A stretch of DNA of 64,000 bases, from the NCBI GenBank assembly GCA_963767125.1, contig CAVYDB010000002.1, forward strand, positions 71,991-135,990. The letters run 5' to 3'. The first letter of the stretch is position 1, and each line of letters opens with the position of its first letter. The translations under genes were made by a program, and so were the position numbers. The notes beneath the pieces are model-generated. The model was given only the letters and a program-made list of their open reading frames with translations. It did not search any database and was not told where the DNA came from. This stretch comes from an uncultured Bacteroidota bacterium. Lineage in GTDB: Bacteria; Bacteroidota; Bacteroidia; JABEUT01. This document shows, in pieces, positions 27,006 through 37,700 of this stretch.

Positions 27006-27410
27006 TTTTATAGTATTAGAGTTAACTTATTGAGTTGGAGTTATATATGTGTATTTCTTATTTCCCCGCCTACTCTCCCGGTTTTCGGCTTCCCCGTGTT
27101 AAAAAAATTGACGGGACAAAAGTGCTATCAGGCACTTGCTTTTTGCAAGGGTGTTTTATGCAAATCGGTGTGAGTATTTTCCCGTATGGCAATACGGGAG
27201 TTTATGCATAAAAGGATAGAAAGATTGATTTTGGGTAGCTGGAGCCTTTTATCTGATATATGTACAATAAAAATTTCTTTCTGCTGATAATCAGCCGAAT
27301 ATAAAAGTAATTTAAAAATAACATATAAATCACGTTTTTGGAATGAAAAGACCCTTAAATTTGTTCTCAACAAAGACGTTACTGAAATTCAATACTAAAC
27401 TATAAATACC

Positions 27411-28502
27411 ATGAAGACTAAATTACTTACTATTGCTTGTGCTTTATTTGCTGCATACGGAGTCAATGCCACGGTACACACGGTAGCTAACTTCCCTCCC
27501 AATTCTGCCCAGTATCCTACTATTACCAGTGCTATTGCTGCTGCCAGTGCAGGAGATACTATTTATATAAATGGTTCACCAACTGCGTATGATGCAGGCG
27601 GAGTGGATGTTACCAAACGCCTTGTATTTATTGGCACCGGCTATGCCGATAGCGCCGAAGGAAATTTAAATTCCATGATAAGCGGTACCGTAACGTTCGA
27701 TAGTGTTGCAGGGGTCAGCGGTTCATCGGCCTGCCAGTTTATAGGTATTTCATTTCAGGGAGGTATAAATAACGCCAATAACGAATATCCGAAGAACGTC
27801 TTTTTCTCGGGATGCCTTTTTACGAATGGTAACTTAGATGTTTATAATGATGGCTGGGTAATTCAAAACTGTATGTTTGCAAGTTGCTATGCCGGGCTAA
27901 TCATTGATTATTCCCCCGTAAATTCCTGTATCATTCAAAATAATTACTTCACAATCGGTAATTGCAATGGGTATTCCATCGGCTTCAGCGGCAATGTACT
28001 GGCTGCAGGTCTTATTGTAGACCATAATTTCTTCGAAGGTCATTTCGGGGGCAGTATTGGTTCTTACGCTATTATTACTAATAATGTATTTTTTTATGCA
28101 AGTGCAGTTAGCTCTACCAATTTGCAGAATTGCCAAATATCTAACAATCTTTTTATCGGTTCCACCAGAGACTCTCTCCCTCCCGGTTCCGGAATAACCA
28201 CCAATACCATATTCAATAATCTTATTGCCCCTGCTTCATTGGGGTTGCAATTGAATAATTCGCTGGCTGCCATACAGGGTTATCCTGGCTTATTATCCTA
28301 TAACTGGAAATTATTAGCGACAAGCATAGGGCATAATTCGGGAACAGACGGAACGGACGCGGGACCCTTTGGAGGTTTCTATCCTATTAATATGAACGGG
28401 TCGCCCATTCCGCCCCAGATGTTCCAGATGAACTTATCATCTCTTGTTCCCATCGGGGGGAACTTGCAGGTTCAATTTCAAGCAAGACAGCAAAAACAAT
28501 AA
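27411..28502 (+). CDS. Secreted protein, probable right-handed parallel beta-helix fold
   Basis: Has a signal peptide. Repetitive short strands are rich in N, G, I and F ('IIQNNYFT', 'IVDHNFFEG', 'IITNNVFF', 'ISNNLFIG'). Confidence 0.45.
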   Translation: MKTKLLTIACALFAAYGVNATVHTVANFPPNSAQYPTITSAIAAASAGDTIYINGSPTAYDAGGVDVTKRLVFIGTGYADSAEGNLNSMISGTVTFDSVAGVSGSSACQFIGISFQGGINNANNEYPKNVFFSGCLFTNGNLDVYNDGWVIQNCMFASCYAGLIIDYSPVNSCIIQNNYFTIGNCNGYSIGFSGNVLAAGLIVDHNFFEGHFGGSIGSYAIITNNVFFYASAVSSTNLQNCQISNNLFIGSTRDSLPPGSGITTNTIFNNLIAPASLGLQLNNSLAAIQGYPGLLSYNWKLLATSIGHNSGTDGTDAGPFGGFYPINMNGSPIPPQMFQMNLSSLVPIGGNLQVQFQARQQKQ

Positions 28503-28522
28503 CCCCATATAGATACACTATT

Positions 28523-31500
28523 ATGAAAAATAGTAGGCATCTATGGCTGCTTCTGATTTTTGTGTGGAGGATTTCTTCCGGGCAGTCTCATATTATGAAT
28601 GCGGAATACTTTTTCGATCATGACCCCGGGGTAGGACACGGTACTGCTCTCACTATTACTTTAAGCGGAGCTACTGTAACACAAACCTCTCTTATCCCCG
28701 TTAGCGGGTTGTCGCCGGGGCTACATTATCTTTTTATACGATGCAGAGATACCGTAAGAGGTAGCAAATTCGATACCTTGATGAAAAAAGATTCTACTTT
28801 AATGTGGAGCATTGTAATGGCTCGTGAATTCCTTATTCAGAACCCTGCTTCATTAACCCAAAGTAAGATAGCTAAAGCTGAATATTATTTTGACCATGAC
28901 CCCGGAGTAGGCAATGGAACAGCTCTTCCTTCTTTCACTTCTGCTTACACGGTAAATGTTGCAGCCGATAATATCCCAACAACAGGGTTAAGCCCGGGGT
29001 TACACTACTTATTTATACGTGCCCAGAATAATGCCGGAAGTGAATGGAGTTTGGTGCTTTCCCGTGAATTCCTTATCCAAAACGCCGCTTCATTAACCCA
29101 AAGTAAAATAGCTAAGGCAGAGTATTATTTTGACCATGATCCGGGTTTAGGCAACGGAACAGCCCTTCCTTCTTTCACTTCTGCCTACACGGTAAATGTT
29201 GCGGCCGATAATATTCCAACAACAGGGTTAAGCCCCGGCTTACACTACTTATTTATTCGCGCCCAGAATAATGCTGGAAGCGAGTGGAGTATTATTTTGG
29301 GTCGTGAATTCCTTATCCCCAATCCGGCCACCTTAGTGCAAAGCGATATTGTTAAGGCGGAATACTATATCGACCACGACCCGGGTGTAGGGCATGGTAC
29401 GGCTCTTCCATCTTTTACCGGAGCAAATACTGTTAATGTTGCGGCAGATAATATCCCAGTGACGGGTTATTCTCCAGGGGTACACTGGCTATTTATTCGC
29501 GCATTAAATAATGCCGGAAGTGAATGGAGTATCGTTCTTGAAAGGGCATTTCAGGTGTTGCCAAACATTCCACAGCCTAAAATTGTTAAAGCAGAGTATT
29601 TTGTTGATAATGACCCGGGTATTGGAAACGGGACTCCTATTACTCCTGCTTTTGCAGCAGGGGCTACAGTTGACACACTCCGCACACTGACAGTGTCAAA
29701 TTCGCTAAGTTTAGGCAGGCACTATTTATGTATGCGAGCAAAAAGTGACTCAGCGAAATGGAGTATTGTAATGGTTGATTCTTTTTATGTGGAAACGCCT
29801 GTAGTAGCCACCACCACCGTTACTGCAAATGTGATGTGCAATGGCGGTAATAATGGTGATGCTTCTGCAAACCCTTCCGGAGGAACAAGTCCTTATACTT
29901 ATTCCTGGTCGAACGGGACGTCAACTGTTTCCGTAACAAACCCTACGGGTTCGGTACTTAGTGCGGGTACATATACTGTAACAGTAACAGATAACTTAGG
30001 GAATAGTGGAACAGAATCTGTAACCATTACACAACCCACGGTTGTTGGAATAAGCCTGAGTTCCGTAACTAATGTAAGTTGCAATGTGGAAGGGACAGCT
30101 ACAGCCCATGCTGCAACGGGAGGGGTATCACCTTATACTTATTCCTGGACTTCGGGTGGAGGGACTAACCTTACGGCTACTGGTTTAAGCGGCGGAACTT
30201 ACACTATAACTGTTACTGATAACCATGGGTGTGCGGCTACAGCATCTGCTACTATAACACAATCGTCCTCGACCATAGCAATAAGCATATCTTCAGTAAC
30301 GGATGTTAGTTGTTATGGTGGAACAGGAACTGCTACGGCGAGCGCAGCAACCGGGGGGACATCACCATATACTTATTCCTGGTCATCGGGTGGGGGTACA
30401 AGTTTGGTAAGAACAGGACTAAGCGCCGGAACTTATACTATTACAGCAACTGATAATCACGGATGCTCCACCACAGCTTCAGCTACAATTACTCAACCGG
30501 CAAATGCATTGGGTACAAGCATCTATTATGTGGGCAATGTGTATTGCTTTGGCGGTCCGGGTTATATTACAGCCAATAGCGCCACCGGTGGCACTTCTCC
30601 TTATACTTACTCCTGGAGCGGAAGCGGTGGTACTAACCTAACTACGCTGTCTTTAACAGCCGGGACATACACTATTACTGTGAAAGATAACAACGGTTGC
30701 AGCACTACCGTATCTGCCACCATTACACAGCCGGCAACATCTTTGGGGACAACTATTACATCGGTAGAAAATGTTAGTTGCTATGGTGGAACCGGAAGCG
30801 TTACCGTTAATTCTACCGGTGGAACATCACCTTATACCTATATATGGTCTTCCACTTCAACCACAGAAACAGCCCCGACCATAACTACTACAGGGTTAAG
30901 CGCAGGGACTTACACTATAACCGTTACAGACAACAATGGCTGCGTGGAAACGATTTCTGTTACCATAACACAGCCCGCTTCGCCATTAGGTATCTCTGTA
31001 ACTTCAGTAACAAATGTAAGTTGCAGTGTACCGGGTAAGGCTATTGCCAGTGCAGCTACCGGAGGCACATCGCCTTATACCTACTCCTGGTCGCCCAGTG
31101 GAGGAACCAATTTGACGGCTACTGGACTTAGTGCCGGAACATATACTATTACATCAACCGATAACCACGGGTGTACCGCTACTGCATTAGCAACTATTAC
31201 ACAGGCTGCAAATACGGTGGAAATAACCATATCTTCTGTAACTAATGTAAGTTGCCGTGGAGGAACCGGCACCGTAAGAGCCAATGCAGCCAGCGGGGGT
31301 ACTTCACCCTATACGTACAGTTGGTCCCCGGGTGGAGGAACTAACTTGACAACTACAGCCATCAGCGCAGGGACATATACCATCACCGTGACCGATAATC
31401 ATGGGTGTACTTCTATAGTTTCTGCCACAATTACACAGCCTGCCGCCGCATTAGGAGTTGCACTGTCTTCCGTTACAGATGTAAGTTGTCACGGAGGAAC

Positions 31501-34039
31501 GGGAACTGCTACTGCCAGTGCTGCTACCGGGGGTACTTCACCGTATTCATATTCCTGGAGCGGAGGCGGAGGCACTACTGTTTCTGCAACAGGACTTACC
31601 GCGGGGACATATACTTTAACAACAACCGATAATCATGGGTGCAGTGCAACCATTACTACTACCGTTACTCAACCTGCATCTGTTTTGGGAATAACAATAG
31701 CATCAGTTACAAATGTAAGCTGTAATGGAGGAACAGGCACAGTTAGAGCTAATGCAGCAACCGGAGGTACTTCACCATATACCTACTCATGGTCGGCTAC
31801 AGGAGGAACTAACCTGACTACAACTGCCATTAGCGCAGGAACCTACACAATCACTGTAAAAGATAATCATGGGTGTACCGAAACAGTTTCTGCAACGGTT
31901 AGCCAACCCGCTTCCGCTTTGGGAGTAACTATTTCATCTGTTACTGATGTGAATTGTAATATACAAGGCAGCGCTACTGCCCACGCAGCTACCGGGGGTA
32001 CTTCACCATATACTTATTCATGGAGTGGGGGGAGGGGAAGTAACTTAACGGTAACAGGTCTTAGCGCCGGAACATATACTTTTGAAGCTACCGATAATCA
32101 CGGATGTACTTCAACTGTTTCCGCTACTATTACACAACCTGCTTCCTCGTTAGGGATAACTATTTCGTCTGTTAGCAATATAAGGTGCAATGGAGGGGTT
32201 GGCAGCGCTATTGCGAATACAGGTACAGGGGGCACTTCTCCTTATACTTACTCATGGTCGTCCGGGGGTGGTAGCAGCGTGACAGCATCGGGTCTTAGTG
32301 CAGGAGTTTATACAATTACTGCTACCGATAGCCACGGGTGTATTGCAACAGCCTCCGCTACTGTTACCCAACCTGCTTCTTCCTTAGGAATAACGTTGTC
32401 ATCTGTTATGGATGTCAGTTGCTATGGCGGAACAGGAAATGCTATTGCCAATCCAGGTACAGGGGGCACTTCCCCATATACTTATTCATGGAGTGGGGGA
32501 GGAGGAACCAATGTAACTGCGACCGGTCTTCTATCTGGTGTTTATACTATTACAGCAACGGATAATAATGGATGCCTTGCTACTGCATCGGTAACTATTA
32601 CCCAGCCGGCATTTGTTTTAGGCATCACTATATCAAGTGTAATAAATGTTAGTTGCAATGGAGGAGCAGGAACAGCAATAGCTAATACAGCTACCGGCGG
32701 AACATCGCCATATACCTATTCCTGGAGCGGGGGTGGTGGTACTAACGTGATATCATCAAATCTTACTGCGGGAATTTATACTATAACCACTACCGATAAT
32801 CATGGCTGCACAGCAAGCATTACTGCTACTATCACCCAGCCGGCTGTAATTGGAATAAGCATTTCATCACAAACGGATATTAGTTGCTTTGGAGACAGGG
32901 GTAGCGCAACAGCTACTGCTGCTACCGGTGGCACCTCTCCTTATACTTATAGTTGGTCGAGTGGCAGCAGCACAGTGACACAGACCAACCTGAGTGCCGG
33001 TATATACACTATTACAGCAACAGATAGTCATGGGTGCAGGGCCACTGCTTCAGTAACTATAACTTCACCTGTTTCTGCCTTAGGTGTAAGTATAGCAAGC
33101 CACATAAATATAAGCTGCAATGGAGGAATAGGAAGTGCGACAGTGAATGCAGCTACAGGGGGAACTTCACCCTATACGTATTCCTGGAGCGGGGGCGGAG
33201 GAACCAATTTATCGGCAACGGGGCTTAGTGCAGGGGTATATACGTTAACAACAACAGATAATCATGGTTGTACCGCCACCCTTAGTGTGAATATTACCCA
33301 ACCAGCAGCCCTTTCAATTGCTATTTCCAGTCAAGTAAATATTAGTTGTTACGGGGATAATAATGGTAAAATAATTTCACACGGTGCAGGTGGAGGTACA
33401 TCACCTTATACCTATAGCTGGTCCTCCGGCGGTGGCTCTTCTCTTACAGCATCTAATTTAACTGCCGGCATTTACATTATTACAGCAACCGATAGCCATG
33501 GATGTACTGCAACCACATCGGCAACTATCACACAGCCGGCATCTGCAATGATTATTACTACCGATTCGGTAAATCAAACCACTGATTTACCTTGCAATGG
33601 TAAAGCATCAGTTACTGTATTAAGCGGAGGTACTTTACCCTATACTTACAGGTGGACAACAGGCGGGCAAACTACCGATACTATCAAAAATCAATGCGGG
33701 GGACAGAGTTACTGCTGTGAAATTACAGATAACCACGGGTGCAGCCAATCTGTATGTGTAACCATCAGAAATACTACAGGAGTCGTGGACATAGATAACT
33801 CTGCGTTAATAAATATTTACCCCAATCCGAATACCGGGCAGTTTACTGTTGCCGGAGTGGAGGATGGAATGATGATAGAATTATACGATGCTATTGGCAG
33901 AAAAATAAGTGTTATTACTGCGGTTAATGAAACAATGCAAATAAATATCTCTGACCAGGCTGATGGAATCTATTTAATTAGAATAATAGACAAGAAGGGA
34001 AATTTTGTGACTGATAAGAAAATGATTAAGATACAATAA
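28523..34039 (+). CDS. Giant T9SS-secreted surface protein: 5 N-terminal ~80-aa repeats, 17 SprB-type repeats and a T9SS C-terminal sorting domain
   Basis: 1838 aa. The motif 'GGTSPYTYSWS...GL.AGTYT.TVTDN.GC....A.ITQP' occurs 17 times. The C-terminus 'INIYPNPNTGQFTV...GIYLIRIIDKKG' is a type A sorting-domain pattern. Confidence 0.85.
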   Translation: MKNSRHLWLLLIFVWRISSGQSHIMNAEYFFDHDPGVGHGTALTITLSGATVTQTSLIPVSGLSPGLHYLFIRCRDTVRGSKFDTLMKKDSTLMWSIVMAREFLIQNPASLTQSKIAKAEYYFDHDPGVGNGTALPSFTSAYTVNVAADNIPTTGLSPGLHYLFIRAQNNAGSEWSLVLSREFLIQNAASLTQSKIAKAEYYFDHDPGLGNGTALPSFTSAYTVNVAADNIPTTGLSPGLHYLFIRAQNNAGSEWSIILGREFLIPNPATLVQSDIVKAEYYIDHDPGVGHGTALPSFTGANTVNVAADNIPVTGYSPGVHWLFIRALNNAGSEWSIVLERAFQVLPNIPQPKIVKAEYFVDNDPGIGNGTPITPAFAAGATVDTLRTLTVSNSLSLGRHYLCMRAKSDSAKWSIVMVDSFYVETPVVATTTVTANVMCNGGNNGDASANPSGGTSPYTYSWSNGTSTVSVTNPTGSVLSAGTYTVTVTDNLGNSGTESVTITQPTVVGISLSSVTNVSCNVEGTATAHAATGGVSPYTYSWTSGGGTNLTATGLSGGTYTITVTDNHGCAATASATITQSSSTIAISISSVTDVSCYGGTGTATASAATGGTSPYTYSWSSGGGTSLVRTGLSAGTYTITATDNHGCSTTASATITQPANALGTSIYYVGNVYCFGGPGYITANSATGGTSPYTYSWSGSGGTNLTTLSLTAGTYTITVKDNNGCSTTVSATITQPATSLGTTITSVENVSCYGGTGSVTVNSTGGTSPYTYIWSSTSTTETAPTITTTGLSAGTYTITVTDNNGCVETISVTITQPASPLGISVTSVTNVSCSVPGKAIASAATGGTSPYTYSWSPSGGTNLTATGLSAGTYTITSTDNHGCTATALATITQAANTVEITISSVTNVSCRGGTGTVRANAASGGTSPYTYSWSPGGGTNLTTTAISAGTYTITVTDNHGCTSIVSATITQPAAALGVALSSVTDVSCHGGTGTATASAATGGTSPYSYSWSGGGGTTVSATGLTAGTYTLTTTDNHGCSATITTTVTQPASVLGITIASVTNVSCNGGTGTVRANAATGGTSPYTYSWSATGGTNLTTTAISAGTYTITVKDNHGCTETVSATVSQPASALGVTISSVTDVNCNIQGSATAHAATGGTSPYTYSWSGGRGSNLTVTGLSAGTYTFEATDNHGCTSTVSATITQPASSLGITISSVSNIRCNGGVGSAIANTGTGGTSPYTYSWSSGGGSSVTASGLSAGVYTITATDSHGCIATASATVTQPASSLGITLSSVMDVSCYGGTGNAIANPGTGGTSPYTYSWSGGGGTNVTATGLLSGVYTITATDNNGCLATASVTITQPAFVLGITISSVINVSCNGGAGTAIANTATGGTSPYTYSWSGGGGTNVISSNLTAGIYTITTTDNHGCTASITATITQPAVIGISISSQTDISCFGDRGSATATAATGGTSPYTYSWSSGSSTVTQTNLSAGIYTITATDSHGCRATASVTITSPVSALGVSIASHINISCNGGIGSATVNAATGGTSPYTYSWSGGGGTNLSATGLSAGVYTLTTTDNHGCTATLSVNITQPAALSIAISSQVNISCYGDNNGKIISHGAGGGTSPYTYSWSSGGGSSLTASNLTAGIYIITATDSHGCTATTSATITQPASAMIITTDSVNQTTDLPCNGKASVTVLSGGTLPYTYRWTTGGQTTDTIKNQCGGQSYCCEITDNHGCSQSVCVTIRNTTGVVDIDNSALINIYPNPNTGQFTVAGVEDGMMIELYDAIGRKISVITAVNETMQINISDQADGIYLIRIIDKKGNFVTDKKMIKIQ
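28595..29790. repeat. Five tandem ~240-bp coding repeats ('AEYYFDHDPGVGNGTAL...GLSPGLHYLFIRA.NNAGSEWS')
   Basis: Copies at about 28841-29080 and 29081-29320 are roughly 90% identical at the DNA level by eye. Confidence 0.8.
29800..33770. repeat. Tandem array of 17 SprB-type coding repeats (period ~245 bp)
   Basis: 'PYTYSW' recurs at intervals of about 82 aa within one continuous ORF. Confidence 0.85.
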
Positions 34040-34073
34040 ACTGCCATTATTGTATATCTCGAAAAAAAGTATG

Positions 34074-34724
34074 TTATCTTGAATTCAGCCCGAGAAAGGG
34101 GTTATTTATTTTTTCATACCCGATACTGGTAGGGATACCGTGTCCCGGAAAAACTTCTATATCATCGGGCAGGGTGAAAATTTTCGTCAGGATGTTATTT
34201 TCCAGCATATCATAATCTCCCCCTGGGAGGTCAGTCCTGCCGATACTTTCACGAAATAAAACATCTCCGCCCCATAGTTTTTTTTCTGCTGCATTATAAA
34301 AACAAATACTGCCGGGAGAATGACCGGGACAATAAATTACTTCCAGCATTATTTCGCCCAACACTATTTTTTCACCCTCCTCAATAAACCGCAATGGCTC
34401 AGGCGAAGGAGTTGCCTCAACGCCATAAAATGCAGCCACCTGGGTCAGGCTTTGTAAAATCACCAGTTCATCACGGTGAATTATGGGAGATAGCCCGTAC
34501 TCCCGATAGATAAAATGGTTTCCCAGGACATGGTCAATATGGCAATGCGTATTGAGAAGAAGTGCAGGGTTTAATTTCTCTGTACGTATGAAATTTGCCA
34601 GTTGGCTGCATTCTTCACCAGTGCTGCAACCGGGGTCAATAATGGCAGCCTCCCTGTCATTGTTATACAGGATATAGGTATTTTCGGTAAAAACATTAAA
34701 CTCAAAGCGCTTTTGATGTGTCAT
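34074..34724 (-). CDS. MBL-fold metallo-hydrolase (glyoxalase II-like)
   Basis: The 'NTHCHIDH' HxHxDH motif, plus 'CPGHSPGS' and 'GRTDLPGGD'. Confidence 0.85.
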   Translation of the reverse strand: MTHQKRFEFNVFTENTYILYNNDREAAIIDPGCSTGEECSQLANFIRTEKLNPALLLNTHCHIDHVLGNHFIYREYGLSPIIHRDELVILQSLTQVAAFYGVEATPSPEPLRFIEEGEKIVLGEIMLEVIYCPGHSPGSICFYNAAEKKLWGGDVLFRESIGRTDLPGGDYDMLENNILTKIFTLPDDIEVFPGHGIPTSIGYEKINNPFLGLNSR

Positions 34725-34770
34725 AAGGGTTCTTGTAAGGGCAAATTTACTATTTTAGCATTCTTATATA

Positions 34771-37700
34771 TTGGTTGAGGTGTATTTATTACGGAGATAT
34801 TCTGCAGCAGCATTTATAATTTTACTCTTTACCTGCAAAGGGTTTTGTCAATTCTATACAGGCTCGCAAATGCAGTTTGGCAAGAACAGGATGAAATATG
34901 AGAAATTTATCTGGACCTACTACAGTTACCCGAATTATAAAGTTTATTTTTACCAGGGTGGCGACCGGACAGCACAATATGTGGGGGAAAAAGCGGCGGG
35001 GTTTATCCGGCAAATTTGTTCTGATATGGACTACCAGACGGATAAGGAAATTGAGTTCATTGTATATGACAAGGAGTCGGAATACGCCGAAAGCAATTTG
35101 GGGTTATCCCTGGACGAAGATTATAACACAGGGGGCGAAAACCATATTGTTTCAAGAAAAGTGGTTGTTTATTTTGATGGTGACCACCGGAAATTAGACG
35201 AGCAGATAAAGCTTGGAATAGCTGAAGTTGTTTTTCGTGAAATGATGTATGGGGGGAGTTTCACCAATGTAATTAAAAGTTCAACATTATATACTATTCC
35301 GCCCTGGTTTGAACAGGGGTTTGTCCATTATATTGCTTCCGGATGGAATACAGATATAGATGGGTATGTACGTGATGGTATTCAATCGGGCAGGTACAAA
35401 AAGTTTAATCACCTTACAGGGGTAGATGCCACTTATGCAGGGGTTTCCATCTGGAATTATATAGCCCAGAGTTATGGGGAATCTGTTATTCCCCAGCTAT
35501 TATATATTGCCCGGAACAGCAGGAGTATTGAAAGCGCTTTTCTCTATTCATTAGGCACCTCGCTGAAAGCATTTTCTAACGACTGGATTGGATACTATCA
35601 AACGCAATACAAAAAAGAAATTTCTAAAGATGCGGTGCCCAAAAAACAGCCTGTTATTTTAAATCCGGGCGAGAATACCAAATACTATAGGATGGAAGCC
35701 GGCCCCGAAGGGAGATATGTGGCGTACGCAAGTAATAAATTAGGGCAATGCAGGGTTTGGCTCTATGATAATGTAACGGGAAAAACTAAATGTATCCTGA
35801 AACAAGGACAAAAGATAGACCGTGTTTACGATTACTCTTACCCTCTTATTGCCTGGCATCCGAGCGGGGAATTGTTTTCTATCATAATGGAATCGGAAGG
35901 GATTGAAAAATTATATACCTACACACTTTCCACCCATAAATTGGAGTGGAGGAGGATATTGAATTTCCAAAAAATAACAGACTTTTCTTATTCCGATGAT
36001 GGAACAAAATTTGTTATGTCAGCTATACAAGACGGGGAGTCTGACATTTTCTTATTTACCGCAGGATCGAATGCGTATGAGCAGGTTACAAAAGATGTAT
36101 ATGACGATATGTCACCCCGCTTAATTGACCATTCAACGAAAATAATCTTCAGCTCAAACCGGCCCGATGATACCCTGAGAAACGGTGGGGATATTCATTC
36201 CATGCAATCGCATTATGATATTTTCGAGTACAACCTTCTTACCCATTCCAGGGCATTAACAAGAATTACCAATACCCCGGATATAGATGAAACTTTTCCC
36301 GTTCCCTATTGCCCGGGCTATATTTCTTACCTCAGTAATGCGTATGGGGTAGTAAACCGCAATATAGCGCGTATAGACAGTTCAATCAGCTTTGTTGATA
36401 CGTCTGCGCACTATAGGTATGTCGTGAATTCCTTTAACATTACAGACTATAGCCATAATATACTTGAACAGGATGCTTCGCCTTATATGAGATATATTAC
36501 GGAAGTTTTTTATAAAAACGGGAAATACTTTCTCTATAAAGATACTTTGCCTGTTAGATTGGCATCGGTGCCGGTTTTAAGCCCGCAGCCCACCTCTTTT
36601 ATGCGCCAATATCTTGCCATAGAAAGAAGAAGAAAGTTTGATGATTCAAGCGCCAGGTTTACCAGGAGGGATACGAATTCAATTATTATAAAATACTCTA
36701 TTACCCCCCAGAAGAAAGAGCCTGTCAACCCTGACACAGCTAAAACCACCAAAGCAGATACTACCCATCAAGACCTTTTCCGCTTACCGGTAAATATTAA
36801 TTCCTATTCCTTTGATGAACCCTTAACTGCGCCTGAAAAACCTTCGGTTAAAACTATTCCTCCACCGGCGCCTGTTCAAAACACTATTAATTATCCTATG
36901 ATTAAACCCATTGGGCCAACAGCTAAAGATAGTGCATTGGCAAAACATATACTATCCAAGGAAAATTATCATGTAAGTTTTAAACCTTCTTATATTATTG
37001 CTCAGTTAAACAATACGTATCTATCTAATTTCTATATTCCTTATTCACCTAACGCAGGTTCGTCGCTATTTGATCCCGGTCTTGGGTTCAATCTTTCTGT
37101 AAACGGGTTACAGGACTTGTTTGAAGATTATAGTATTTCAGGCGGGGTGCGTATGGATTTCGGATTAGACAATAACAATTATTATTTAAGTTACGAAGAC
37201 CGTTCAGGCAGCCTGGAAAAAGAATTGATTTTTCAGCGGGGGGCATTTTTGGGTGTTTCAGATGGCAATTACCTGGCAAATATGTATTCACTCGACGCTA
37301 CCATTAAATTAAAATATCCGCTTAGTGAAGTTGCCCGTATTGAAGGGAGCGCCGGCATACTTAATGAGAAAAATATAACACTGGCAGAAGATATTACCAG
37401 CCTTGAAACCCCTGCCACTACCGATTATTTGCCACACCTTGAAATGGAGTATGTGTACGATGCCACTATTCCTGCCGGGCTGAATATTTATTATGGACTA
37501 AGGGCAAAAGGGTTCATACAATATTATGAGGACCTGAACCAGGCAAAAGCCGGAACATACGTCCTTGGATTAGATGTGCGTTATTACCAAAAAATCCATC
37601 GGGAATTAATCTGGGCTAACCGCTTTTCGGCAGGCACCTCTTTCGGACAGGAGCATGTATTGTATTATATGGGCGGAGCCGATGGATGGTTCAATCCTTC

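Noticed and set aside
27128-27373. 81-aa minus-strand ORF in the 400-bp intergenic region before the beta-helix gene
   Set aside because: - It has no recognisable motifs and a low-complexity sequence.
- The region reads more like a promoter or leader. It contains the hairpin CCCGTATGGCAATACGGG flanked by TTTATGCA repeats.
- I could not support a specific regulatory call either.
29899-33228. Several 60-75-aa ORFs on both strands inside the SprB-repeat gene (for example 29899-30084, 30844-31038, 31081-31284, 31405-31632, 32338-32565 and 33034-33228)
   Set aside because: They recur once per repeat unit and are low-complexity, Cys/Arg-rich frame artefacts of the repetitive coding sequence.
29800-33770. 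Highly regular ~245-bp periodic repeats that might look like a CRISPR-like or satellite array
   Set aside because: - The period is far too long for CRISPR.
- There are no unique spacers.
- The whole stretch is one uninterrupted ORF encoding 17 SprB-type protein repeats.
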